From Podarcis muralis (taxonomy: Eukaryota), in the NCBI RefSeq assembly GCF_964188315.1, contig NC_135656.1, forward strand, positions 60,388,001 through 60,452,000: DNA of 64,000 nucleotides, in the 5' to 3' direction. Shown here one piece after another: positions 11,313 to 24,583 of the stretch (its first letter is position 1; each line of letters begins with the position of its first letter). Made by a program: the position numbers and the translations under genes. The notes under the pieces were generated by a model, which made no database searches, was not told the DNA's origin, and was given only the letters and a program-made list of their open reading frames with translations.

Positions 11313-12760
11313 TTAGTAAGTTTCCTCTAGCAGGGTGTATGAGCATGTGTAGAATCTTGCCTACTATAAAAATCTTAAATTTGCATCCAGGGTTTCACCC
11401 ATTTTTGCCTCTGCCTCTTGCATTTCCCTTAAGGAGTTAATATGAATTTTCTCTTTTGGTGTTCTCCATGCATACACTTTCTCAGAACACGAACTTCCTA
11501 ACCTATTCTGAAGAAATTTGCAACTCAAGAAAAACATCATGGAATTATATCCAACACAGCACTAAACTGAATGAGCTAGCATTGAAATACCGGTAATTCT
11601 GCTAGCAGGTTGTATTCTGTAAGCAGATCAACCTGCATAAAGCAGATCTTGTGCTAGAGGTTCCATAAGCGACCAGATTTTATTGTATACACTACACTAT
11701 CTGCAGAAGACAGGAAAAAAACACGTAGCTTTGCATTATTTCCACCAGCACAATCTTTTACACAACAATTTTGCCAGTGGATCTGTTGCATTAGATTCCT
11801 CTGCTACACAACATTAAGAAATAGACCACCACTAGTGCAAAAACCCTTGCAACAGATTGACAGTGTTGGATACAACCCAAAATGTATAAATAATGTTCAG
11901 ACATCTTCAGCTTTAACTCCAAAACAGGCAAAGAAAGGTGCAGTACATCCTGTAATCCTTCACTCAGTAGATATCAAACTAACCGCAGAGCATTCCAAGC
12001 ATCCATTATGGGATGGATCATCTCACTAGGGAATCTTCTGATAGAACATTTCATCCCATGCTGTGATCAACACCATGAAGCTTCTAACAGATCTAGAGGC
12101 AGGAGGGGAAAGTCTAGGCTGTCTAGGACAAATAAAGGGTCTGTTCAAACAGTGAACAACAGGACAGAAAACCGGTATTCTAAGAGATTAGGGGAAATGC
12201 TAAGACTCGAAATAGAGTTAACAGACTATCCCATATATGAACAGAAAAGCAAGACTCCACTCACGCTGAAGCAGTTACAAAACCAACAGAATACATTCCA
12301 TCATTTAAATGCAGAGTATGGCAAGTTACCACAAATATTTAACATTAATCATCCTGATGCTCATATTACTCAGCCACATGGCCTATTTATAATTAAAATC
12401 ATCCTATGACTCCTAATGTGAATAAAAATGTCATACATTCTGACTGTACTTTGTCTGTTTGCCTATAGAAGCAGTCTTTCAACATGGAGCAAGAAAAAAC
12501 CAAATATTTACACATAATGAAACTCTGTTTAATTGCCTTCATTCACCAAATATATTAATTTGTATCAAAGTAATGTAAAAAAAAAAAAAACCAAGCGAAA
12601 TTTATGTTATTGTTCATCCTTAGCAAACAACTGATTTTGACAGAGGACTAAGTCTTTATATAAGTCACTGCTGTCCCCTTTTATTTATGGAGGAGGGGAA
12701 GTGGAATATTTACTCTTGGACTGTCCACCTGAATATGAAAAAAAAACCTAGTATTTAGAA

Positions 12761-12896
12761 CAGGCATAGGCAAACTCAACCCTCCAGATGTTTTTGGCCT
12801 ACAACTCCCATGATCCCTAACTAACAGGACCAGTGGTCAGGGATGATGGGAATTGTAGTCCCAAAACATCTGGAGGGCCGAGTTTGCCTATGCCTG
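12761..12896. mobile_element. Palindromic hAT MITE, well preserved
   Basis: TIRs CAGGCATAGGCAAACTC / GAGTTTGCCTATGCCTG, extended internal inverted symmetry, 8-bp TSD ATTTAGAA/GTTTAGAA (7/8). Confidence 0.92.
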
Positions 12897-13535
12897 GTTT
12901 AGAAGATATATACTATATTTTATTATTCTTAAAGCTGCATATGCAGGTGTTTTTTTTTAATGGACAAGACTCAGTAATTCCATAACACTGAAAATTAGGC
13001 ATATATATGTACTTTGTAATTCACAGTGAGAGGAATGAGACTCTCTGCTGGTTGTCAGGCAAGGGCTTTTCCCATCTACCTTGCCCCACCGTCCAGCCTT
13101 TGGAGCCCTAGAAGCCTTCAGAATGGAGTTGCTGCTATGGGCATTCTGTGTATGTGTCTTTTGAATGGAAGACCATGAGTCATGGGGGTGGGGGAGAGTG
13201 TGTGAATTCAACAGTGCTGAGTGCTGCAATGCTTTGTGGATTTTATAATACGAGTTTTCTTGCAGTTGTGCAGTTTAGCCTATTTTTGAGGTTGTTTCGT
13301 TAATAGTGTTTTATATAAGGTTGTTTTACTGATGATTTGTTAATTATTTTATAAGATTTATGTTGTAATTGTGGTGTTCTATTATGTTATAGATAAAAAT
13401 CTGGTATTTGTCCAAGGTGGGAGAAAAGCACATCAGCAGGATTCAAAATATGTTTCAATTGCCCAGCCTTCCAAGCTACTGCTTCTCTCAGCTTTCTCTA
13501 TCACAGCTGAGCTATCAGTACTAGGCAGTTAATTC

Positions 13536-13622
13536 CAGGGCTGTTTTTTCAGCAGGAACTCCGTTTTCGGGAGGTGTTCATGGCGAGTTCTGGCACCTCC
13601 TTCTCGAGAAAAAATAGCACTG
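13536..13622. mobile_element. Short hAT-like MITE
   Basis: TIRs CAGGGCTGTTTTTT / AAAAAATAGCACTG (12/14); 8-bp flanks GTTAATTC/GTTAGGTC. Confidence 0.6.
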
Positions 13623-14476
13623 GTTAGGTCTGCTAACTAACTCAGTTTCTATGGACTGCATTGCTGGATGTCAAATCTCTTGTTTAGCTGTACACTACAA
13701 GGCTTGACATGCCTACTTTAACCCTTGTGATAAAAATGTATGTCTTTTAACTTCTGTTTAATAATGCAGTGTTATTTTCTTAATTACAATATTTAAACAT
13801 TATTAAAAACAAATGCTGTTGTTTGACATTTGGAATAAAGATGTTGAAATGGGTTGTGTAAAGCCAGGCATTAACCTGGCCCTGGGTACCACAGGTGTCT
13901 GCTTCCACATACGTGAAGAATCAACAAAAAATCAATGATATAGAAACTGCACCTCTTGTAAAGGAACAATTAGAATGGCATACCTTTGAAAATATACCTT
14001 GCAAAGTGCACTATTCCTGAATGGTTTATGGGGGTGCCAATTAAGATTTTGCTCTGGGCAAGTAAAGCCCTAAATGGCTTAAGACCCAGTTATCTGAGGG
14101 GTTGTCTTTCCCTGTATCAACCAACCAAGCTGTGCCTTTAGAGCCACCAAGAATGCCCTGCTGGTAAATCTGGCTTTAAAGGAAGCTCAGGGTTCTATGA
14201 TCTGCTTTAAGGCCTTTGCAATATTATTATTATTATTAAAATTATACCACTCTATACCCGGAGGTCTCAGGGTAGCACCCCAATATGGAATACACTCCCT
14301 GTAGAGGGGATACACTCCCTCTAGAGTTTTAGCTACCAGATAAAAACCTCTCTCTTCTGTCTGCCTTTTTTAATGCAGAGATATGCCTGGACTGACAAAT
14401 CATCTGTTTACTATATTGTTGATCTTAAAGGTTTTTGTTTTATGTATTTATTGTTGTAACCCACACTAGGTTGCAG

Positions 14477-14625
14477 AGAATCGTAGAACTGTAGAGTTGG
14501 AAGGGACTCTGAGGATCATTTGGCCCAACCCTCAGAAATTCAGGAATATGCAGCTGTTCCATACAGGGACTGAACCTGCAACCTTGGAGTTATCAGCACC
14601 ACACTCCACCCAGCTGAGCTATCCA
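14477..14625 (-). mobile_element. tRNA(Ile)-like-headed SINE with CR1-type 3' tail
   Basis: Minus strand TAGCTCAGCTGGGTGGAGTGTGGTGCTGATAACTCCAAGGTTGCAGGTTCAGTCCC (tRNA-Ile-like) then GATCCTCAGAGTCCCTTCCAACTCTACAGTTCTAC (CR1 tail). Confidence 0.8.
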
Positions 14626-16380
14626 ATAACTAATGCACAATGCACTAAGTTACTGCTTGATTTAAAAATGTCATTTCAAAAGAAGTCTTTAAAGCTGTCA
14701 TTTTAAAGCCCTGAAGATAAAATAACACAAAATTAACATCTGCTTTATCAAGTTTCTGACGCAAGAGCCTTGCAGCTTGTAACAAGAGGCAAAGTCCTAA
14801 TAATGTTTGAAAATCCCCACTGACTGCTCTGGAGCCAAGATTTCCACACTTATCTTTCACATTTCAACAAACTTCTATACTTAAAGATCTTGTGTTTCAT
14901 GCAAACCCCGCCCTCCCACACACATTCCTATCACAAAGAAACATTTCGATCCTTTGGGGGGAAAGGCATCTTTCCTCATAGGACAGCAGCCTAAGTGGAA
15001 TTTAACTCCCCCTCCCCAGTGAAGTTCCATTTAAGTTGCTATCATAAACACAAACAGAATTATTAAGTCCCATTGAAATTAATGAAATTTATTTTGAAGT
15101 AGGTGAGTTAGGACCAGGATGTTAGTTCACAGCCCTTCAAAGCCTATATCCTTCAGAAAACGGCTTTAAAAGGGGGTGGGAAGCAAGTTTAGGCAACAAA
15201 AGACATGTGTTTTTTATTCCAAGTGTGTGTTATTAGTTTCACATTCTGACCTGTTGCATATACATGTCCTACCACAAGTCTCTCTGGAATTTGGACACAG
15301 CGAGAGTTTCATTTAGTAGAATATTTATATTAGTCATGTGCACACAAAATATCAATGGTATGCATTTTCAGAGTGCATTATTTCTTCAAAGACCCTTGCA
15401 CATTTCATAATTTAAAGGACTCTTGCACTGAGAACTTGGGGTGTGCAGAACTGTAAAGGAAATTGTGGAATTAAAGTATATGGTTATATCTGTGAAGAAT
15501 TACAGGTCCAAATCTTGGGGGAAACTGAAGATATTACATTATCTTTTGGCAGCAAAAAGTGATAAAAATGTGTAGCAACTAAAAGTAATCCAATATGTGC
15601 TGCAAGAATCTGAAGATCTGCTGCATTTCAACAGGCGTTCCCCACCCAGTCGCTATCTGATTAAATATTAAGTAGCCAAATCAATACAAGGGAGAAGGAA
15701 AATTCTAGCAACCATAACATATGGAGGTGATTCTGGGCTTATATTTGACTTATAAAAAAGTTATTTGGGTGTATATTTTGGGGGTGGGGAGTGGAGTGGG
15801 GGTGGGGAACTGATTGCTGAGGGTTGAATGCAACAGAATAGAGAGCAATCTATCTATATTCCTTGTAGTAGCTAAATGATTTTATTGGAACTCAAGTGGG
15901 ACCAACACAGTCTAGATCCAATCCATAGCTATGAATGCTAGATTGGCCATACCTTTCGTCAAGCAAATTTATTGGTAATTACCCAGGCTAAGCAAGGACT
16001 ATCACTTCATCAGAACTAATTGTCAAATGATATTTCGGAATGTGAAACCCATCAGAATTTGGGGAGAACACTCATTCCCTGTCCAGTTGAGAGGATAAGA
16101 CAAGCTAGATGTATATGTGTGTGTGTATGTGTGTGTGGAAGGAACTATAAAAATGTTATTGGAACAGTGATTCTATGAAAAGAAATAGATTTGGGATAGA
16201 AGAGAGGCAGAAAAAATCAAGTTTTTGAGATGCAGGGTGTATATACCTCCCCTCTCTCGTAATCTGATGTGGAACAGTGGATCTGCAACTTATTGATGTG
16301 CTTAAGCTGCCAATGCTCTACTTGGAAAAATAAAACAAACTAGGTGTTACAAAACGCTTCCAGGAATATTTCCACTAAAG

Positions 16381-16503
16381 CAGGAAGATGAACACCTCCA
16401 GGTTTCATTGGACTGCAGTTCCTATCATCTTTGACAACTGGCTATGCTAGTTGGGGTTAATGGGAGTCAGAGTCCTACAATATCCACAGGTCCCTCACCT
16501 CTG
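16381..16503. mobile_element. Degenerate palindromic hAT-like MITE
   Basis: CCTCCAGG...GGACTGCAGTTCCTATCATC...ATGGGAGTCAGAGTCC...CACAGGTCCCTCACCTCTG, family of 12761-12896. Confidence 0.6.
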
Positions 16504-19392
16504 CACAAAAGGAAGCCATATCAAGGTAAGTGGTGCCCATTGAATTTATCACTGCTCCGGGAAGTAGGGAGCATGAGAGTTTTATTTTACATAATACATT
16601 CGTGTTGCTAATAAAACATCTAGGTATCTTTAATGGAACAGTCAAGAAGCCTCATTTGGTGGAACAACTTGCTGGATCATATGGTAATAAAGAGATAACA
16701 CAAGTACCTGAAGACTGTAGGTACCAGGATCATCATTGTTCACCAACACAGAAATCGTAATTTATCAGCTACTGGCCACCTCATTTCCAACATCAACCCA
16801 ATATTTGCTTATTACTGTCTCAGATCAGTTTTTCAGACATGCTGTTAAGAACCACCACTTAAACCATAGACCTACAATTCCCAACAGTCCAGCCAGCAGG
16901 TCTAGAAGTTCTAATCCAAAACAACTGGAGGTCACAAAGTTGGGAATGTTGCCTTAGACGCTGCAATTAGCTTTTCCTACTTTGGTGTGCAAAATAGTTC
17001 AACGGTGATAAAATAAAGCTAAAGGAAAAAGCTGTACTTTCAGCAACTAACCAATTGGCTATTCTCAATATACATACATTGGGTGTTGGTGCCATGACAA
17101 ATGAGGTCACAGGAGAATTTTTTAATAGATGACATAATTAACTGGACAAAATCTCACACAGGACTAAATTAAAAGTTACTAAGCAGTAGAGATGTACAAT
17201 AAAAGAGGAAGAGTTGCAAACAGGAACTAATAATTTGTACATAATCTTATTATTAGAGATGCATACAAGCTTAAAAACACTTGACATACCTGGGCAAAAG
17301 ATATAAAGATGTCGTGGAACAAAAGACGTCCGAGTCATCAGAGGGGACAGAAGAAACATGGAAAGGGGAAAAAACACACACCAATATTAGCAACACAGTA
17401 AGTAATTAACATGTTCATTTAAGACAGCGTTACATGTGCATTTACAACTTCCAGAGCAGCCACCCAGCAATATACACAGACATACATAAAAGTGTGTATT
17501 TCTAGAGAACTCTGGAAGCATTCTATACTCCAAATACCACACATGTATACAAAAGCAGCTTTGAACATCCAGTCATCCCTCAAACAGTAGTACTCTTCTT
17601 TTTATAAATGAACCACACACAATGTTGACACAGATTATGAAATTAAAATACTTAGTGAGAACATGTTGTTACAATAGCATATCTTAATTGTGCTATCAGG
17701 TCTTTACTGTGCTGTGCGTATATATATTATTATTTATTTTAAATATATCTTAACTGTCTTTACCAAAACATTTCAGGTTGATGTGCAATGGTTTGACTAA
17801 AACTCACTCAACATAAAAAAATAAATCATGATTCCTAAACTATCAGCAATAAAGAGCATTCCATATTATCCTTCCCATTTTTACTTTTATGTTTGACTAG
17901 GCCTCGGTCTCTTTTCCATATCCTCTTTGGAATATGCTACTTGGAAATGTTTTTGCATTCTGCTTTGCTATACATACCATGGAACATTTTGTTGTTTTGG
18001 TTTATTGCTTTGTTTTTATACGATATTCAACACAGTTGCTCTCAAGCGCCATCAAACGATGCAGCCCATTCCATGAGAAAACATGTGAGGAGATATTTGA
18101 TTAAGACCCACTCATTCACTAGTCAGTTCTCTCTGCTGTGCTGTCCAACATATCAAAGACTGCCAACAGCTGAACATCAACTTCAAGCACACCCAAGCCA
18201 ACACTGTAAGGGATTCAGTTCTCCCAAATGATACATGACCAACTGTTTTGCAGACAAACAGTTCCTGAGAAATTGGCATGCCACATTACTTGCACTGAGG
18301 TACAGTTACAGTGTACATACATAGTATGATATAAATCAAGACTGAAAATCTTTGGACCTCTGAATGTGGGACAAAATGGCCTCCAGGGGACAGCAGATGT
18401 ATGCTAAGTTGTATAAGTTGGAAGAAGAAACAAAAAAAGTCTACATTTGACAGCTGAGGGTAAAAGCAAGTAACTGAAGTTGTGAGAAAATGCCATTTAA
18501 AAAAAAGAATAGAAGCAATATTCTCAGTATTCTTTTGTCTAATAATTTTGATTGTGTCTCCTTCTTAGCATAAAAATAATTGATGTAAAAATGAAGGTGG
18601 GTGTGTATGTGCATGCTGATACTTATAAAATCTGTGACTGCTCATATTTTCAAGGAACAAGATGCAGACTGGAGAGCCCAGAATGTACCTCCCTTATTTA
18701 GACGCGCAAGAGGAGAAACTCATCATACTTCTCTATGCAACTGTAACACCCAACCAAATGAAGTGAGGAGAAACAGAGAAAACCCATAGTCCTTGGCCTC
18801 AGCCACAACTGAAATTTGTGTAGAAGTGGTTTACACTAGAAAAATAACTAAAACCAGTGAACGGCAAAATTAGCAAATTAGAATTGATATCCTTACATAA
18901 ACTCTACAAAGTGCTTGTCAAATTCCGGCCCACAGAGCAGATGTGGGGGTTGGTGGGCTTTTAAGTTGGCTTTGTGAATGTGTGATACTTTCATCTGGCT
19001 ATTTAGTCACAAAGTACCCCCAGAGTAGCTTTCAAATCAATAAAATCAGACAGTCCCTGTCCATAGCTGTCAACGTTTTCCCTTTTTTAAGGGAAATTCC
19101 CTTATTCCGAATAGGATTCCTCAAAAGAAAAGGGGAAAGTTGACAGCTGTGTCCCTGTCCCCAGGCTTGCCATCTAAAAGACATGGCACACAAAGTAAAT
19201 GGAAGGAGGAGGGGTAGGGTGAAACACAGGTACCAGTCCTTAGTGGCAAGTTCTTCTAAAGACCATTCAGGGTGGAAATAGTTCAAGGAGATTAGGAACC
19301 ATGAATTGGAATCTGAGCATAATCCTCCCCTCAAAAACTCAAGCAATCAGTGGTAATCACTTCTTTTACCTGTTATTTGGAAGCTTCCCATA

Positions 19393-19823
19393 CAGAAATG
19401 GAAACTCGCTTATCAGGTGGACTCGCTTATCAGAAGGTAAGTTAGTGGATGGGTTCAGAGATATTCATTCAAAGCAGCATGAGTGAACCTTGCTTATTGG
19501 ATTCTTAAGGAAATCAGCCCTGAGTGCTCCCTGGAAGGACTGATCCTGAAGCTGAGGCTCCAGTACTTTGGTCACCTCATGAGAAGGGAAGACTCCCTGG
19601 AAAAGAGCCTGATGTTGGGAAAGATGGAGGGCACAAGAAGAAGGGGACGACAGAGGACAAGATGGTTGGACAGTGTTCTTGAAGCTACCAGCATGAGTTT
19701 GACCAAACTGCGAGAGGCAGTGGAAGACAGGAGTGCCTGGCGTGCTCTGGTCCATGGGGTCACGAAGAGTCGGACATGACTAAACAACAACAACAACAAC
19801 AAACCACTTCAAGGCTTCCACTG
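19393..19823. mobile_element. Possible degenerate Tigger-like MITE interrupted by Bov-B
   Basis: TA-CAGAAATGGAAACTCG at left, CAAGGCTTCCACTG at right resemble CAGTGGAACCTCG-type TIRs; internal ACTCGCTTATCAG duplicated. Confidence 0.35.
19501..19802 (+). mobile_element. Bov-B LINE 3' fragment
   Basis: ORF 19483-19779 (ILKEISPECSLEGLILKLRLQYFGHLMRREDSLEK...HGVTKSRT) and (CAA)n tail. Confidence 0.95.
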
Positions 19824-21379
19824 AAGGAGAAGAGAACTGTCTACCACCTCTGTAAGATGCATGAAAGGGAGAACATGCATCTTGTCATGATAGGTGTGCA
19901 TTATCTCCTGCACTTCACACAAGACCAGAAAATGGTAGAGCAAGCATACTTAATTCATGCTTCATTTTGTCAGGTAAAATGCCTACAAAAGCAGAACAAC
20001 TATAATGCGCAAAGACACCCCCCCAAAAAACCCCCAAGAGACTTCTCATGCTTTGGCTATGAATTCTGATGTCTTCAAGAAAAGATACAGCATTAGCCAA
20101 TTTGAAGTAAATTTGTAAATCTGGTGCCTATTCCATTAAGAAGACTGTGGGATTATGCCAATTACTTCCACCCTGTCAAGCAGCTGGCCTTCTATGATAT
20201 TTACTGGAGAAATAAAAAGGCATTCTCTTTGAAGCCTGCAATCCCCCCCCCCCCCCGCAATTTTTTGGAGGCGGGAGGAGCAAAGCACAGGCTTACCAAA
20301 AGAATTCAGATAACCAAATTGTCTGGGAAGAGTGGAGATGAATAGAAATTCATAGAAATTACTACCGATCAAATGTGTGCTCTGTGTAACAGACATCTAT
20401 CCAACAAAAAAGGGAAACAATATTCAGGAGTATTTTTTTCAGCACTGGCATTATTGACTTTGATAATAGCCATTTGTCTGTCTGTCTTATCTGGTGTACG
20501 GTTACGGCAGTGACAATAACTGGTATTTAAAAGGAGGGGGTGGAAAGAGTCAAGTTTCTTTCTGCATACATTCTTAGCTCCATCTCCTCCTCAACACACC
20601 ACAGCAACATAGTATGCACTATTTTTAGAGAATGTATGATAATGAGCCAAGCAGGTGCTGACATTCAAAACATAACAACTCCACTTCACAAAAACTGTGT
20701 GTGTAAAATCCCAAGGCCTGCACAAGATGTGCAGATGGACTTAAACACAGCAATACACAAGGTTTGCCACTACAGCGAGTTAGTATTCATAACTTTGGCA
20801 AACAAATAACAGCTAGAAACAATCAAACCTGGCAAAGAAAATTACTTAACAAAAGGAGAGGTTTAGCCTTTAATCTCCAGCCCATAATGGTAATGATGCA
20901 AAGCTGTTAATATTTGATGCATCATCACAGACCCCATGTGCTATATTACCACATCAACTCATGGGACAAATCACTGCTAATTACACCCCTGATTACTCCT
21001 TCATGTCTCCTAGGGCTTGTGAAATGTGCATCTTTCAAGAGCTTGGCATTCACATCTTAATGTTTAGCTTTAATATACAAAATTACACTGACATACAAAA
21101 ACAAATAGCCGGTGCTCTTTGTAAGGGATCTAAAGAGAAATCTCCACACTACACTGTAGTTTTAGTAGCTTGCATCCCTTACAATATGTCCATTTAATGC
21201 AAGTTAAAAACCAGACATATACTCTACTTTCTTCACACTTGTACATAAGGTACAAATATAAGGAATGCCTATACAGTATCAGACTGAGGGTGGCTTTACA
21301 CACATATGCTTCTAGGTGTGATACTCTCCACTGAAAGCTAAATACACTGAAGAAAACTGGAAGAGTAACAAGATGGGTG

Positions 21380-21470
21380 GTTACTAGAGGAAAGGCCTTC
21401 TCAGTGGTGGCACCTTGATTTTGAAATACTCTTCCCAGAGATGCTTGGCTAGCTGCTACTGCATTGGCAA
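21380..21470 (+). mobile_element. Old L2 relic, 3' coding end
   Basis: GGAAAGGCCTTCTCAGTGGTGGCACC...AAATACTCTTCCCAGAGATGCTTGGCTAG, homologous to RAFSVVAP-LWN-LP region at about 57285-57330. Confidence 0.6.
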
Positions 21471-21524
21471 TACAGGGTGCTTTTCTTCTAAAAGATTTTA
21501 CCTGAGTCTGTTTGAATTTGTTGT

Positions 21525-21680
21525 TGAGAAGCCTCAGGATGGTGGTCTGGAAGACCTTCAGATCCACATTCAGGCCACCTTGTATAGCTGAGGAATTCAA
21601 GACCATGGCAAGCACATGGCTGCCCCAACTTGTCACTGGCCTAATGAACTTAGTAGGAAATACTCTGATCTGGTTTTCTT
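21525..21680 (+). mobile_element. Old L2 relic, APE endonuclease C-terminal part
   Basis: Frameshifted translation resembles VLGDFNIH ... EF-TM-...QLVTG...GNTLDLVF, the end of the L2/CR1 endonuclease domain. Confidence 0.55.
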
Positions 21681-22670
21681 CACTGGGCAGGAAGACTCTT
21701 TTGTCATGGTCTGATCACCTGCTAGTATGGTTTAGGCAGCAACAATTATCCTCTGAAGAAACTAGTCTGTCCCCAAAGAGCTGCATAATACAGTTACTGT
21801 TCATTGATGGTTCAATGATTCCAGGTGGCAATATTTCCCCACTCTGGATGATGCTGAACTTCCCCTAAAAATACCTGATTAATAGTTTAGGGGTGCTTTT
21901 AGGTCCAGGCTCAAGTAGCATAGCAAATAAGAGCCAGATCAACACTTTGCCTTCAGGAAGGAAGTTAAAATCTACCGTATTTGTTTCCTAAGGTTTTAAA
22001 TATTCTTTGTTTTAACAAACTTATTAAGTAAATCAGATTTATTTATTCTGCTGCTTTAAAAAATATTTTGTACATTGCTTGAACACTTTAATAGAAAAGT
22101 GGCTCATCAGTCTTTTAAGCATAAATAAATCTAACTTTTTTTGCATTCAGTTTAAATTTAGGATTATGATCTGAATCCTCACATACATCCAGGCATTTCT
22201 TATTATTTTCTTATCTTAACCTTTATCATAAGCCTAGTAGTAAGCACAGGGTATGAAGCCTAAAATGTTATTTGGGTTTTCTGAAAATGTTGTCAGGCAT
22301 GAACAGTTGGGGGAGGTCACATATTACACACATTGTAATAAGTGCATACACCACTGGCACCTCACTGCTTCATGATGTATAAATGCTACTGTAGAGCACT
22401 CTTTTTTATCACAGTACATAGTTACCCAACGAGCAAAAGCAAGGTGGGGAGCTTGAAATCTAAAATTTCTTATCTTTAAAAAATGCATTTTGAGGGCAAG
22501 AAATATGAAGCCTGACCCCTCCAAAGTATAACTCATTGGCTCAGTGAATAAATGTGGCTTATAGAAATATCTAATGAAACTAGAGGGAAGAGACCGGATG
22601 GACAACAAAGAAAGATGTGCACAACTCAGCTCACCAGATCCATTACAGGGAGAGGCAGATTTCACATTGG

Positions 22671-22768
22671 TAAAAAGGTAAAGGTAAAGGACCCCTGGAT
22701 GGTTAAGTCCAGTCAAAGGCGACTATGGGGTGCGGTGCTCATCTCACTTCAGGCCGAGGGAGCTGGCG
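22671..22768 (-). mobile_element. Sauria SINE (Squam1), 5'-truncated
   Basis: (ACCTTT)n tail on minus strand, body matches 59629-59824; 10-bp TSD TTCACATTGG (22661-22670, 22769-22778). Confidence 0.88.
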
Positions 22769-22819
22769 TTCACATTGGACACACACACAGCCCATGTTGG
22801 TTGTATTGTATCTGTAGTA

Positions 22820-23061
22820 CAGTGGTACCTTGGGTTACAGACGCTTCAGGTTACAGACGCTTCAGGTTACAGACTCCGCTAACCCAGAAATAGTACCTCG
22901 GGTTAAGAACTTTGCTTCAGGATGAGAACAGAAATCGGGCGGGGGCGGCGCAGCAGCAGCGGGAGGCCCCATTAGCTAAAGTGGTTCCTCAGGTTAAGAA
23001 CAGTTTCAGGTTAAGAACGGACCTTCAGAACGAATTAAGTTTTTAACCCGAGGTACCACTG
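22820..23061. mobile_element. Tc1/pogo (Tigger-like) MITE, copy 2
   Basis: Same TIRs and TA flanks as 3319-3560; 242 bp. Confidence 0.92.
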
Positions 23062-24529
23062 TACTAGAAGAGCAACAGTCTCATGAGATGTTCCAAGCTA
23101 CTCAATTGCCCTGCCATCCCTATTTCATGGAGATGACCCTCCTGAGTGATCCAGATATAAACTTCACTATATATGAGGCCCTTTCCTTGTTCTGTTTCTT
23201 TACCCAGGCTTCCTTGGCTCTCATTTGGATTCAGTTTCTGTAAAGGGACAGTTGGACCCACTCTGGTTTTCTCCATTCTTTGAGAGCTTAGTCATGAGGG
23301 CCTAAAAACAACCCCCTGCCTGACCATCTACAACTTTCCTTAGACTAAAGACTAAAGGCTCAACAATGAGAAAGTCAGTTCCCAGGCAACTACTCTCCCA
23401 ATATGCAATAGCATTCTCTTTTCAGTTGAATCTGTCTGACAGAAACCCAGGAGGAGATGCTTTGATCTTGTACACATAAAGATGTCTAGCAATTCTAATG
23501 GAGCATCTATACAACTGGAAACATGGTCACATTAAGTAGCTCCTGAGAGCATTTACTTCTAAACGTTGAAAAAAGTTTTCTCTAACTATGCCAATGTAAT
23601 CAATTTGTTATTGCTCATTCCCCTTAGCCGTTTGGCAGAAGTAGTATGAGGGAAATTTATTGCTAACAGATTACTGCTAGAGATAAAACAGAAAACACAA
23701 CACTTCTCCAGATTCAGAAAGACTACATTTCTGGTACTTCTCTTGCATTCTTCCCAGTAAAACTATTTATGGTACAGAGCAAAAACAGCCTCTCACAAAA
23801 CCAATGTATAAGCTATAACTCTTTTCTTTCTCCTGCACCTGTTTTCCAAAATATACACATGCCACCAAGCTCTGCCACTCAGGATGTATGATTTGCCAGC
23901 AAAACAAATTTTGCTGATCTTTTTCATGACTAGTTAGGAAAACACAACATGCACAACCTCTATACAAGCCTGAGCTTTCAACCCTGTTAAAATTGCTACC
24001 CTAATCAGCCAGATATGTCATCTGTGGTGTCTGCTTTCTTCTACAGCTGGGAAGGGGTTGTAAGGAGAAAATAAATGTTTCAATATCCATTAACAATTGT
24101 AAAATGAATCTTAAACTTAGTTATAATCACTGATGGTAGAGGGATATTTTTAGAAATGCTTTTAAATGGTGAGCATATCTTTATGTTTGATGAGGTGGTG
24201 TAAGATAAGAGGTTACACAGAAAATGAGCCAATTAGGACACAGGCTATACGGATGCTGCAGAGTTTCACTGGCAGACAACAAAGCAAGCATCTGAAAAAA
24301 AGCACACACCATCACTTGTGGCAACCAGACAACTGACATCATGCAAAGCAATCCAACAATTGGCTACGCTTTTGCAAAAAGCAATGTAAGAATGACACTA
24401 TGCAATAGTTCTAATGAAAAGGTTGTAGACCCTTCCAAACAACTCTCAGGGGACATTTTGTAATCTGTTAGAAAACATGTCAAACAACATCTTAATTGCA
24501 CAGTAATTAAATATCAACAACATGAACAC

Positions 24530-24532
<3 letters not shown>

Positions 24533-24578
<46 letters not shown>
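24533..24578. repeat. (GA)n microsatellite
   Basis: Perfect GA run. Confidence 0.97.

Positions 24579-24583
<5 letters not shown>

Noticed and set aside
12440-12470. Plus-strand CTGAC + polypyrimidine + TAG acceptor-like motif
   Set aside because: No nearby donor; shows that such motifs arise by chance on both strands, so the splice-site candidates above are scored cautiously.
21130-21636. 168-aa minus ORF with a CAG|GTAAAA donor
   Set aside because: Antisense to degenerate L2 fragments.
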